From a virus: a DNA stretch of 35,093 bases. Both the position numbers and the translations under genes were made by a program. This document shows, piece by piece, positions 16,167 to 24,153 of the stretch. Position 1 is the first letter of the stretch, and each line of letters begins with the position of its first letter. The stretch lies in IMG/VR virus record IMGVR_UViG_3300021478_000014; one strand, given 5' to 3'. The notes under the pieces are model-generated. The model worked only from the letters and a program-made list of their open reading frames with translations. It was not told where the DNA came from and did no database searches.

Positions 16167-17594
16167 TTAGACTACTTCAAACCCAAATATCAACGTCCCG
16201 TTTAGGGCAGTCCCCGCAACGTTGTTGTTATATAGGCTTAATGTCGCCGATCCAGCTCCCGGGATTGCCCTTAACTCAATACCACGAGTCGTATTTGTTC
16301 CACCCATTAACTGCAATATCACAATTGAAGATGTTGTAATTCTTGAGTTAGTTAGGGTAAAGGCATAGGCTGCGGCTGCTGCTGTTGTTAAAGCCTCAGT
16401 CGTGACAACGCCCGCTTGATGGTTGATTGTTGCGGCACCCGCTGTACTTGTAGCAGTACCTCGGTCAAGCAACAATGCGCCAGTCAATTGGCCACCAGAT
16501 AAAGGCGCACCACCCAGGTTTGATAATGATGTGCTAGCGCTTTGAACATCTGACAAGTTATTTACAGCAAGCAAAGAGTTAGATGAACTTGTAGTCTCAT
16601 TAACGGGAGTTGCCTGATAGTTAACAACTGACACGCCAGGATCGGCACTCGTTAATATCGTCAAAGTGCTGGAAGTAGCTGTCACTTTTTGAATATTAGA
16701 GGCATTCGCAGACGTTGAAAAATTCGCTACAACATCACTAGTTGCGGTTATTGTTGCATCTGTAATTGTAATGGTTGCGCTACCACCTGCATTGCTATAA
16801 GTCGCAGCATATAGTCCTAGGTTGGTCAATGCTGTTGAAATAGTCGTCGCTACATAACCAATTACAGATACCCCTGGATCGGCGCTACATAATATCGTCA
16901 AGGTCCCGGCCGTTGGTATCACTTTTTCAATGATTACGGAGTTTACCGAACTGATAATATTTGCATTTACAATCATAGTCGCGGTTATCAATGGATCGGA
17001 AATGACAATTGTCGCAGATCCACCGGCATTACTATAACGCGCAACGTGCACACCCAGGTTTTGTAAAGCAACTGATGGGTTAAACGCAAGGTATGTCAAA
17101 GTTGATGCACCAGGATCGCCTGATGACAAAACTGTGAACGTACCAATACCAGGCGTTACCTTTTCAATTGATACAGCATTTGCACTTGTTTGCCAGGCGG
17201 CCAATATCACCATATTTGGGCTAATCGCACTATCGGTCACCGTGGTAGTAGCTGAACCACCCGCATTTGTATAGCGAGTTGAACGCACACCATAAGCACC
17301 TATGCCGGTTGCCGTGGATGATGCTGCAATCATGTTCCAATTTTTAGCTACTGGATCATAACTCACATTAAACGTGGCCCTCAATGCTGATTCACCTGTA
17401 TCCAAAGGAAACAAGCTCGCATCGGTATAGTTAACATAGATGATATCGTTTAGCTTAACTTTCTTTTGGATATCGTTTAAATATCCTGCCACTAACATTG
17501 TAGCCAAGCTGTCTACCGTACTCGCTACAAAAATATTTGGCGCTGTACTCGTGTTGCCCTCGGTGACAACGGCAAAGGTTTCAAAATTTGACAT
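16167..17594 (-). CDS. Repeat-containing virion surface protein (head fibre/decoration or fibre), 475 aa
   Basis: Three tandem ~83-aa repeats, each starting (Y)(T/S)NAGGSAT..(V/I)(T/S)D and ending ..DPG(A/V)S... Strongest SD in the region (AAGGAG, 7-nt spacer). Immediately downstream of the capsid gene. Confidence 0.55.
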   Translation of the reverse strand: MSNFETFAVVTEGNTSTAPNIFVASTVDSLATMLVAGYLNDIQKKVKLNDIIYVNYTDASLFPLDTGESALRATFNVSYDPVAKNWNMIAASSTATGIGAYGVRSTRYTNAGGSATTTVTDSAISPNMVILAAWQTSANAVSIEKVTPGIGTFTVLSSGDPGASTLTYLAFNPSVALQNLGVHVARYSNAGGSATIVISDPLITATMIVNANIISSVNSVIIEKVIPTAGTLTILCSADPGVSVIGYVATTISTALTNLGLYAATYSNAGGSATITITDATITATSDVVANFSTSANASNIQKVTATSSTLTILTSADPGVSVVNYQATPVNETTSSSNSLLAVNNLSDVQSASTSLSNLGGAPLSGGQLTGALLLDRGTATSTAGAATINHQAGVVTTEALTTAAAAAYAFTLTNSRITTSSIVILQLMGGTNTTRGIELRAIPGAGSATLSLYNNNVAGTALNGTLIFGFEVV

Positions 17595-17605
17595 GATTTA
17601 GCTCC

Positions 17606-18490
17606 TTATGCGTTGGCAACGTATGGGTCGTTGGTTTCGATTAATGCAATACCGTTATACTGTATAACGTTTGCACCCGAAGTAATAACAGTCAATAATT
17701 CCCAACGGTCATTTTGTGGTACCCAGGTAATGCTTGTGGATACGTCACGGTTAAAAATCTGTACCATTGAATCCATGTGAACTAATGGCACTAAATAGGT
17801 ATTAGTTCCAGCAGCAGACGTGAAGGGGATTGTATTTATACCATTCGCGCCTAGGGTTCGTATGTCTACACCTAAGTATGACGACAACTTGTTATCAACT
17901 AATGGCCTAACATCATTGTAAAATATATTTACAACGCGATCATCATTAAGCATTGATTGCTTAGTAATTGCCGGCAACCAAAGGGAACAAGAATGTTCCA
18001 TGACGTTAACACCTTGGTTTTCCAAGTAAGACAATGCTTGGGCCATTTTAGCTTCATTCATACCCGTGTTAACGCCAACAGTTGTTGGAACACTGAATAT
18101 GGTACTGAAACCAGCTGAGGTAAACAGGGCATTAATCTTAATGTAATCCACCATTCGTGCAGCTGCTAAGGCATGCAATTTTGCATGGTCAACAATCTTG
18201 TCATAGGCAAATAGGGTCTTTTCACCGCCTCCAATAACAGTTTTGAGTGCATAGTTGTACGGCACAATCATAACGTTGGTAGGATTTACTGGTGTAATCG
18301 GGATATCAACAGGCGCGTAGGTCTGTGATTGCATTTCGATAATGTCAGAAACAGGCACATTGGTTGCTTCACCAGTTGTCCCGTGACGTTCTTCGATTGT
18401 ATCAGCCAGATATTGGCTATTTTGATATTTTATTGTGACTTCGGTATCAAACAATTGTGACGCCGTAGCCAAATCAATTTGATCGGCCAT
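17606..18490 (-). CDS. Major capsid protein
   Basis: 294 aa from the ATG at 18490 (GAGG 8 nt upstream). The longer ORF-track start has no SD. Position after the scaffold and before the tail genes, together with the size, is compatible with a small HK97-fold podovirus capsid protein. Confidence 0.7.
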   Translation of the reverse strand: MADQIDLATASQLFDTEVTIKYQNSQYLADTIEERHGTTGEATNVPVSDIIEMQSQTYAPVDIPITPVNPTNVMIVPYNYALKTVIGGGEKTLFAYDKIVDHAKLHALAAARMVDYIKINALFTSAGFSTIFSVPTTVGVNTGMNEAKMAQALSYLENQGVNVMEHSCSLWLPAITKQSMLNDDRVVNIFYNDVRPLVDNKLSSYLGVDIRTLGANGINTIPFTSAAGTNTYLVPLVHMDSMVQIFNRDVSTSITWVPQNDRWELLTVITSGANVIQYNGIALIETNDPYVANA

Positions 18491-18666
18491 GATGTTAACC
18501 TCAATAGTATAAACAAATACGCGCATGTGATCGCGTGCCTATTAGATAACTATTGGGTTGCGGCATGACCGGCCAATATTAAGTTTGATTCTAAAAAGAA
18601 AGGTTGCCAGTGATTGTTTGGGCTTTCAGTCAAGAATGCTTATATTTTATGTCTCAATGTCTCATA

Positions 18667-18915
18667 ATGTCAAATATGAACGATATTAATCAAATGCGCC
18701 TTGGTGTTTTGCGCGAGATCAAAAACATTAGAAAGTTTTTCGATATGATGGAAAAGGGCGTCAAGTCTCGCGATCCTATTAAAGTCCAACGAGCTTATTT
18801 TTTTATTATGACTATGGTTCGTCATATGGATGAGGGCGATTTGACCCCATTATCCATTGAATTATTTGAAGCATTGACTCTATATAATCAAAACAACTAT
18901 ATAGATAGTGGATGA
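18667..18915 (+). CDS. Hypothetical protein (82 aa) in reverse orientation inside the late block
   Basis: The only long ORF in the 18491..19209 gap, with a protein-like helical, charged composition. A possible promoter (TTGGGC-17-TATATT, 18618..18646) lies upstream. There is no good SD and the start is uncertain (18649, 18667 or 18676). Confidence 0.4.
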   Translation: MSNMNDINQMRLGVLREIKNIRKFFDMMEKGVKSRDPIKVQRAYFFIMTMVRHMDEGDLTPLSIELFEALTLYNQNNYIDSG

Positions 18916-19174
18916 CCAGTGTAGGCATTTCAGCCTAGAGGAAGTTTCGCACGGCAACTCAGGCTTAGGTCTCCGACTCCCTAGAATATAGCTCTAAGCT
19001 TTCAAGTACTATCTACGTTTTCGGTCGCACTGGTCATAATGTTCCACGTGGAACATAAGCCACGCCATTCAGGTGTCCTGGTCATTTGAATGTTCTCTTG
19101 TCGATTCGACGACTTCCCCGCGAAGCTTCTCACTTCCTAGGCTTATGGTTTACTTATAAACCAACTTCAAGTTG
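18912..19174. other. GC-richer non-coding island with dense long-range and local self-complementarity (candidate structured RNA or protein-binding/processing region)
   Basis: 10-bp pairing 18912..18921 / 19028..19037. A 7+10-bp helix 18932..18938 + 18941..18950 with 19120..19129 + 19137..19143. Local hairpins or palindromes at 19039..19056, 19100..19110, 19147..19162 and 19162..19174. No ORF of 60 aa or more on the late strand. Confidence 0.5.
19039..19056. repeat. Perfect 18-bp palindrome ATGTTCCACGTGGAACAT
   Basis: Read directly. A 17/18 copy lies at 23157..23174. Confidence 0.95.
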
Positions 19175-19209
19175 ATGTCTATAATCACTAAGTCTGGTTA
19201 TAATACTAA

Positions 19210-19398
19210 TCAGACTTTTGATAATTGTTCTTCAAGCTTAATAATTCTTTCTTCCATTGAATCCATAAAATCTTCAATTTCATTACCATATTCTAGGCCG
19301 TCTTTTACATGTAGGTCAGCCCATTTTTCTAGTTCCCTCACCCTCTCTTTTAGCTTTAAATTCTCACTTCTCAGTTCTTTAATTTCATCTTCCATCAT
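19210..19398 (-). CDS. Hypothetical coiled-coil protein (62 aa)
   Basis: Heptad-like, E/K/L-rich sequence (EIKELRSENLKLKERVRELEKW...). Tightly packed with the upstream genes. Confidence 0.5.
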   Translation of the reverse strand: MMEDEIKELRSENLKLKERVRELEKWADLHVKDGLEYGNEIEDFMDSMEERIIKLEEQLSKV

Positions 19399-19399
19399 C

Positions 19400-19612
19400 T
19401 CACCTTATCAATGTTCGCATCCACTCTCTTATTGTCGCCCAAAAATCGTCCATAGATGTTTCGGGGATAAATTCCCTATAGCCTAAATCCTTGCCTTTAA
19501 AAAAAACATTAATAACAATCAATCGTTCCTTGGCTTTTTGCTTTATCTCAAATTTATAGTTTGGATATATTGAACGAAGTTTATATTTAATTGCTGCTAT
19601 TGGTAGTGCCAT
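19400..19612 (-). CDS. Hypothetical protein (70 aa)
   Basis: GGTGA lies 5 nt upstream of the ATG. Ends 1 nt before the next gene. Confidence 0.55.
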   Translation of the reverse strand: MALPIAAIKYKLRSIYPNYKFEIKQKAKERLIVINVFFKGKDLGYREFIPETSMDDFWATIREWMRTLIR

Positions 19613-19907
19613 CTATTTCACCATTTACAGGTATGAATAAATCGTATAATTCATTAAATATTTCAGCTTTGCAAGGGTAAATCTCACCTGCGATCCCCTT
19701 GATGATATAGTCACCAAGGCAAGCACGCATTGCACCCTCTAGAGTTTGTATCATTATAAAGGGCTCAAGATATTCATAAGCATTTTTATCTTTATGAAAA
19801 AACGCTGTTTGATGTTCTATGTGTAGATTCATATTAAACCATTCTGGCTTGTCATGATGACCATATCGAAACGCCTCGATTACAATCGGTCTTTTAATGT
19901 ATTTCAT
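19587..19907 (-). CDS. Hypothetical protein, PGDYG-like small phage protein (tentative)
   Basis: The motif LGDYIIKGIAGEIYPCKAEIFNELYD resembles the PGDYG-family signature (GD(Y/W)...G..GE.YP...F...Y). Single-nucleotide overlap with the scaffold gene stop. Confidence 0.5.
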   Translation of the reverse strand: MKYIKRPIVIEAFRYGHHDKPEWFNMNLHIEHQTAFFHKDKNAYEYLEPFIMIQTLEGAMRACLGDYIIKGIAGEIYPCKAEIFNELYDLFIPVNGEIDGTTNSSN

Positions 19908-20530
19908 TATTCACCTGCATGTGCCATTTGTGCTGATAATGCAATGTAACGCCTCTGTGCTTCAACGCGAGCTTTACCGCGCGATTTAGTCATCACTTCT
20001 CGCGCTTTAATGATGTCTTCGTGTGTAACATTATTATAATTATTGCTGCTAACTCGCCCTAACCCTGGGGTACTTGAGTTTAACGCGGCTGTTCTCTCGG
20101 CCATTAGGGATTCCCGCACGTCTTTGTTCTTAATCGCCTCTTTCAATACGGCATCACGTAGCTTTTCAGGATAGGATTTGCTTATGAAGTCTTGCAAAAG
20201 ATTAAGATTATCAGCGCCAATCTCTTTCTTTGAGTTCTCAAAGGCATCAAGTTTTCCACGTACTTGCGAATCTTGCTTGGCTGCGAGCTTCTCAAACTGT
20301 GCTTGAGTCAATCCACTTTCTTTGGCTGATTGCTTAAGTTGTTGTACGTCATTATCGTGAAGTGCAACGTTTGCGGGGACTTGATAATCATCAGGCACGG
20401 CTGTAGCTTGGGTATATTTGGTTTTGAGATCGTCATTTTCTTGATACACCTTCGCAGCATTGTTATATCCCGCCTCTAGTTCTTCAATCGTTTTGAATTT
20501 TCCAGCGTATAGCTTTACATCTTCAGTCAT
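19907..20530 (-). CDS. Capsid assembly (scaffolding) protein
   Basis: 207 aa, highly charged and helical. The N-terminus (KFKTIEELEAGYNNAAKVYQE) is typical of T7-like scaffolds. Positioned downstream of the portal. Confidence 0.6.
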   Translation of the reverse strand: MTEDVKLYAGKFKTIEELEAGYNNAAKVYQENDDLKTKYTQATAVPDDYQVPANVALHDNDVQQLKQSAKESGLTQAQFEKLAAKQDSQVRGKLDAFENSKKEIGADNLNLLQDFISKSYPEKLRDAVLKEAIKNKDVRESLMAERTAALNSSTPGLGRVSSNNYNNVTHEDIIKAREVMTKSRGKARVEAQRRYIALSAQMAHAGE

Positions 20531-20533
20531 TAT

Positions 20534-20737
20534 TTATTCACTCTTGTTAACATTAAAAATTGCTTTCGTAGCCCACATAATACTCTCTTCTAGCTTTGTT
20601 TTAGCAATGGACATTTCCCTACATACTGGGATTTCCTCAAAAATACTCTCAAGGTTTTCTGCTGCCCCTTTCATGGTCACCGTAAACGAATGCAAATCAT
20701 GATTAGAGCTATATTGCTTCCTAAATGTATCTGTCAT
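20534..20737 (-). CDS. Hypothetical small helical protein (67 aa)
   Basis: AAGGA SD. Carries the motif SIAKTKLEESIMWATKAI, which is shared with the ORF at 24331..24600. Confidence 0.55.
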   Translation of the reverse strand: MTDTFRKQYSSNHDLHSFTVTMKGAAENLESIFEEIPVCREMSIAKTKLEESIMWATKAIFNVNKSE

Positions 20738-20866
20738 GCTTCATCCTTCAAGTTTTCTATGAATTCTCTTGTCAGTTCAAGCGCAATAATTGCACTAACA
20801 ACCTTGATTCTTGTTTCATTACATAATCGTAGTTCCGTGATAACTATTCCTTCAGTTATCCTTTGA

Positions 20867-21151
20867 TTAAGATATTGTAGTATCTTCTCTTTCATCCTGT
20901 ATCTCTAAATTTTGTTTATGAATTAAAGCCTCAACCTTATCAATAGTTGACTTAATTCCGCGCAATATAGAACGCCTTCCCTCATAAAATGCTAATAAGG
21001 TACATGTCATTGAACTATCTTCTGGTTCCTCCCAGAACAGTTCTTCTTTCATGTGGTTCAGACATTCTCGGCCTAAATCACTAGTGAACAACTGATATAT
21101 CTTAAGCTCATTTGGTGATATTAATTTTGCTTCCATTAACGTTTCAATCAT
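20867..21151 (-). CDS. Hypothetical protein, Bbp19-like (tentative)
   Basis: 94 aa. The pattern Y.LF.S.LGRE.L......AFYEGRRSILRGI resembles small Bbp19-type proteins found next to podovirus portals. Overlaps the portal stop. Confidence 0.45.
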   Translation of the reverse strand: MIETLMEAKLISPNELKIYQLFTSDLGRECLNHMKEELFWEEPEDSSMTCTLLAFYEGRRSILRGIKSTIDKVEALIHKQNLEIQDEREDTTIS

Positions 21152-22731
21152 ATTGTTACCCCCTGGTTTTCTGGAAACTTGACTTGACCCGCTGTTGTTG
21201 ATGGTTGCGCGCCAGTTGCAGCTTGTTGTTGTTCGGCACCTGCAGCTAAGGTTTTCTTCATTTGATCATCACTAGCTGATAACTTCGCTGGCAAATTAAG
21301 CTTGTCCATGATGAACCTATTGGTCTCAAACAAATCCATTGTTATCATCGGCGCGCTTTGTCCCCAAAACTGTTGTTTGGTTTGCAGTGCTGTAATAAGA
21401 TGGTTTAAATCTGTCTGGTTTTGGATGTCATAAAGTGGAGATTGAAACGCAAACTTTAGTTGTCTGGGGTCAAATCCTGGTATTACTTCTTTCGGCTTTA
21501 GCAGTAATCCTCTGCCATTTAGAATCTTCGCCGAGATTTCGAAAACCTGCCTTGGAAGTTCGTTTATTAGTCTTGATATGTCTGTGCTTGCTGTTCGCTG
21601 GGCTCTGTTTTCACGAATCGATATCTCTGTTGCAGATTTAACAGGGCTTTGTATTTCACCTAGTGGATCGACCATGAAAGCTCTTTGTATAGTTTCTTGC
21701 ATATGTACAATATGCTGAAACACGTCTGGATACTCAGGCATTTGCAAGGCTTCAAGAGGATTTCGGCCATTTGGTTGCCTGGCAATCATAGCCCCGGCCC
21801 ATTGCCTTACAGAATATGGATTAAAGTATGTTCCTGCATCGTAGAACATGGGCGGATTAGCTTTGAATGCCATGTTCTTTCTTGAGTATTGCACTATCCG
21901 GTTTAAGTCTTCTATTGTTGGCATCATATCAATAGCAACGCCGCGCCCTTCGGCTTCCCCTGGCCTTACTCTATCCCGATATACAATAATTTGGCGATAA
22001 TCGCTATACCTATCCCATAAGACAGTAAATGGATCGTTATCAAGTACAGCATAGATGTAATACTCCTCTTTTCCTACTTCCACTTGTCCGTAATTTACTG
22101 AGTATGTATCGTTTGGGTTGTCTTTGAGGTTATTGTATTGTGTGCCTTTGTAATCGGGAAATGTATCAAGTACCGCTCGCCCTGTCATTTTAGACACATA
22201 CCAACAATTTCTAATTAAGTCATCGTTGCAATACTCAATATAAAGAGCAACAGCGGGTATACTACGAAAATATAAAGGAACATCATCCGATGGCGATTCA
22301 ACCCAGATAACTCCAGTGCCCCCCACGAGATCAAGATTACTAGAACCCACAACACGAGCAAGATTTGATTCGTTAAGAAAAAACATAAGTCGTTCATTGA
22401 TTTTATCCAGTACTATTTGGCCTTTTTGTATGGCAGCTTCATCATGTTGATGAGGATCTAAAACATACTTACCCCATACGCGGTCTTTCGGCATGAGCAA
22501 ACCATGCAAATCATTTGCGCGCTGATATGCTGAAATCATCGCCGTATTGTCCCAAATCATTTGGGTCACAGGCTTGCCTGTATCCGTATAATTAAACTTG
22601 ATATTGAATGCATCGCGATCAGGTATTACATAAAGATAAAGGTTCTTATAAAGAGCGAGCCAACGGTCTTTATAGTAGCGTGCCTCTTGGAACCTTTCGT
22701 TTAGCTTATGGAAATTTTCAGGCGGTTGCAT
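21148..22731 (-). CDS. Portal (head-to-tail connector) protein, T7 gp8-like
   Basis: 527 aa. The N-terminus (RFQEARYYKDRWLALYKNLYLYVIPDRDAF), the size and the position upstream of scaffold and capsid are typical of podovirus head-tail connectors. Confidence 0.8.
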   Translation of the reverse strand: MQPPENFHKLNERFQEARYYKDRWLALYKNLYLYVIPDRDAFNIKFNYTDTGKPVTQMIWDNTAMISAYQRANDLHGLLMPKDRVWGKYVLDPHQHDEAAIQKGQIVLDKINERLMFFLNESNLARVVGSSNLDLVGGTGVIWVESPSDDVPLYFRSIPAVALYIEYCNDDLIRNCWYVSKMTGRAVLDTFPDYKGTQYNNLKDNPNDTYSVNYGQVEVGKEEYYIYAVLDNDPFTVLWDRYSDYRQIIVYRDRVRPGEAEGRGVAIDMMPTIEDLNRIVQYSRKNMAFKANPPMFYDAGTYFNPYSVRQWAGAMIARQPNGRNPLEALQMPEYPDVFQHIVHMQETIQRAFMVDPLGEIQSPVKSATEISIRENRAQRTASTDISRLINELPRQVFEISAKILNGRGLLLKPKEVIPGFDPRQLKFAFQSPLYDIQNQTDLNHLITALQTKQQFWGQSAPMITMDLFETNRFIMDKLNLPAKLSASDDQMKKTLAAGAEQQQAATGAQPSTTAGQVKFPENQGVTI

Positions 22732-22733
22732 AG

Positions 22734-22922
22734 TTACCTCTTAGGGTGCCAGTCTTGACCGCCCTGGGATTTAATAATATTGAGTCGCTCAGTGTATAAA
22801 GATTTCTTCTTTGCTTCAATCTCGGCCTGGTTTGCTTTAAATTGTTGGGATATTAACTCATCTGAGTTGGAACGCGGGCTTTCTTGACCGCCTGAGTTAC
22901 CATTACCGCCAAAAAACCCCAT
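22734..22922 (-). CDS. Hypothetical hydrophilic Gly-rich protein (62 aa)
   Basis: Tightly packed directly upstream of the portal. Product begins MGFFGGNGNSGGQESPRS... Confidence 0.5.
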   Translation of the reverse strand: MGFFGGNGNSGGQESPRSNSDELISQQFKANQAEIEAKKKSLYTERLNIIKSQGGQDWHPKR

Positions 22923-22923
22923 T

Positions 22924-23331
22924 CTATCGCCTCCAATGATACAGCACTCTATAATTATTGCCGTTCTTTCTTAAAAGCTTATTGTACAGTTGCTTAGGGT
23001 TAAACGTAAACCCAATGTTAACGCCTGATATATAACGGTCAAGTTCGTTACAGCTTCGTACAATGTATGGTTTCCATCTCGTTATGGCTCGATACTCAAC
23101 ATTAACAACGACTATTGCTACCAGGCTTTCTATGTACATCAATCCTCTTAGCAAAGATGTTCCACGTGAAACATTTATCTTTCTGTTATGTATGCCCTGC
23201 GAATCTAATTCAGTAGCTAGCCATATTTCGCCGTCAAATGTAATAATGTTGCAATGTTTAAATATTTTACTGAATGATAATCTTGCTTGAATTCCGGATG
23301 ATATATTATAAAAACAAAATACGTGGATCAT
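22924..23331 (-). CDS. Hypothetical protein (135 aa)
   Basis: An ORF with 4-nt overlap to the upstream gene. Contains the 17/18 copy of the 18-bp palindrome at 23157..23174. Confidence 0.5.
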   Translation of the reverse strand: MIHVFCFYNISSGIQARLSFSKIFKHCNIITFDGEIWLATELDSQGIHNRKINVSRGTSLLRGLMYIESLVAIVVVNVEYRAITRWKPYIVRSCNELDRYISGVNIGFTFNPKQLYNKLLRKNGNNYRVLYHWRR

Positions 23332-23789
23332 AGATTAACTGGGTTCTTGATACATGCGAAGATATGCGCAACATCCTCAATATTCTCTCTATGACAATGT
23401 ATGCAGTTCTTTGCCGGTGCAGGTATTAATTCCCCGTATGAATCGTGCCACATAAAGTGGTCTCTTATTGACTTGACCCATCTGTCGCACACTCTGCACC
23501 AATTATCTAATGGTGGCTTTATAGGTTTGTCGGTTCTTTCTAATGCGGGTAAATGATCAATCTCATTTTGTAAGTACCAAATAGCTTTTTGTAAATCTTC
23601 TTTTTTGTTGTGCTTCGAATCACAACGCCAAATATATTTGATTGCATTGCCTAGGTTGAAATTAAAGTGGCGTGTGATATCAATGCATTCTATAGGTTTT
23701 AATGGCAAGCACTCGCAATTACAGGGGCAATAAACTTCGCGAGATAAATAGTGTTTTGGATGGTTAACGTTATCAACTGGATTAGCCAT
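23328..23789 (-). CDS. DUF3310-family protein with a Cys/His-rich C-terminal extension
   Basis: HPKHY...IECIDITRHFNFNLGNAIKYIWRC..K..KEDLQKAIWYLQNEI is the DUF3310 signature. The C-terminus has CRVC...H..WH...CIHCH. Confidence 0.7.
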   Translation of the reverse strand: MANPVDNVNHPKHYLSREVYCPCNCECLPLKPIECIDITRHFNFNLGNAIKYIWRCDSKHNKKEDLQKAIWYLQNEIDHLPALERTDKPIKPPLDNWCRVCDRWVKSIRDHFMWHDSYGELIPAPAKNCIHCHRENIEDVAHIFACIKNPVNL

Positions 23790-23904
23790 GTAATAAATAC
23801 CACGCTATTGAGTTTGCTTGGATGAGCCCTACGAAAAGTAATGTTTTAATGCTGAATGTTAAGAAAAAGTCTACGAGTCCAACCGCTTTAAATAAGTCTG
23901 CCAT
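23782..23904 (-). CDS. Small hydrophobic protein (40 aa), hypothetical
   Basis: Product MADLFKAVGLVDFFLTFSIKTLLFVGLIQANSIAWYLLHG. AGGA lies upstream. The stop overlaps the start of the next gene. Too short for the ORF track. Confidence 0.35.
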   Translation of the reverse strand: MADLFKAVGLVDFFLTFSIKTLLFVGLIQANSIAWYLLHG

Positions 23905-23916
23905 AATCTATTGTTC

Positions 23917-24153
23917 CTAGTGCATGATATCCAAGACAACTTGCTCATGTTCAATTTCAGCATCGAGTAGACGCAAAAAACCATCTTCAATCTTGAATTG
24001 ACACTTATATCGATATTTCTTGTTTTCATGTGTAAAGCCACGCTCGTACCTACGCCAGTTTGCATACAATGGTTGGTCTTTAACGTCGTTCCATACCATA
24101 TTGACAATAGCACGTTCTAGCTCGCTCATCTCTTTTACGCTTTTAATCTTCAT
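23917..24153 (-). CDS. Hypothetical protein (78 aa)
   Basis: Preferred over the overlapping frame 23871..24113 because its start overlaps the stop of the upstream gene and its composition is protein-like. Confidence 0.5.
   Translation of the reverse strand: MKIKSVKEMSELERAIVNMVWNDVKDQPLYANWRRYERGFTHENKKYRYKCQFKIEDGFLRLLDAEIEHEQVVLDIMH

Noticed and set aside
19039-19056. The 18-bp palindrome as a transcription terminator
   Set aside because: No T/U tract follows it on either strand. A second copy sits inside a coding region, where termination would be deleterious.
18912-19085. A 27-aa minus-strand ORF starting at the repeated ATGACCAG motif (two in-frame ATGs 48 nt apart)
   Set aside because: It has no Shine-Dalgarno sequence, is very short, and the same motif also occurs in inverted orientation. 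The motif is more likely a structural or binding element than a start codon.
18916-19200. tRNA, tmRNA or small self-cleaving ribozyme in the structured island
   Set aside because: I found no 7-bp acceptor with a 5-bp T-arm and TTCRANY loop on either strand, since gtcgattcgac gives only 4-5 bp with a wrong loop. I also saw no CUGAUGA...GAAA hammerhead core or other ribozyme core I could recognise. This is not excluded without a covariance-model scan.
20839-20860. 7-bp hairpin (gataact/agttatc) after the 94-aa gene as a terminator
   Set aside because: It has a short AT-rich stem, an 8-nt loop and no U-tract, and it is indistinguishable from chance in AT-rich DNA.
23871-24113. Alternative 80-aa frame overlapping 23917..24153
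   Set aside because: The other frame is translationally coupled to its neighbours. This frame also collides with the small ORF at 23782..23904.
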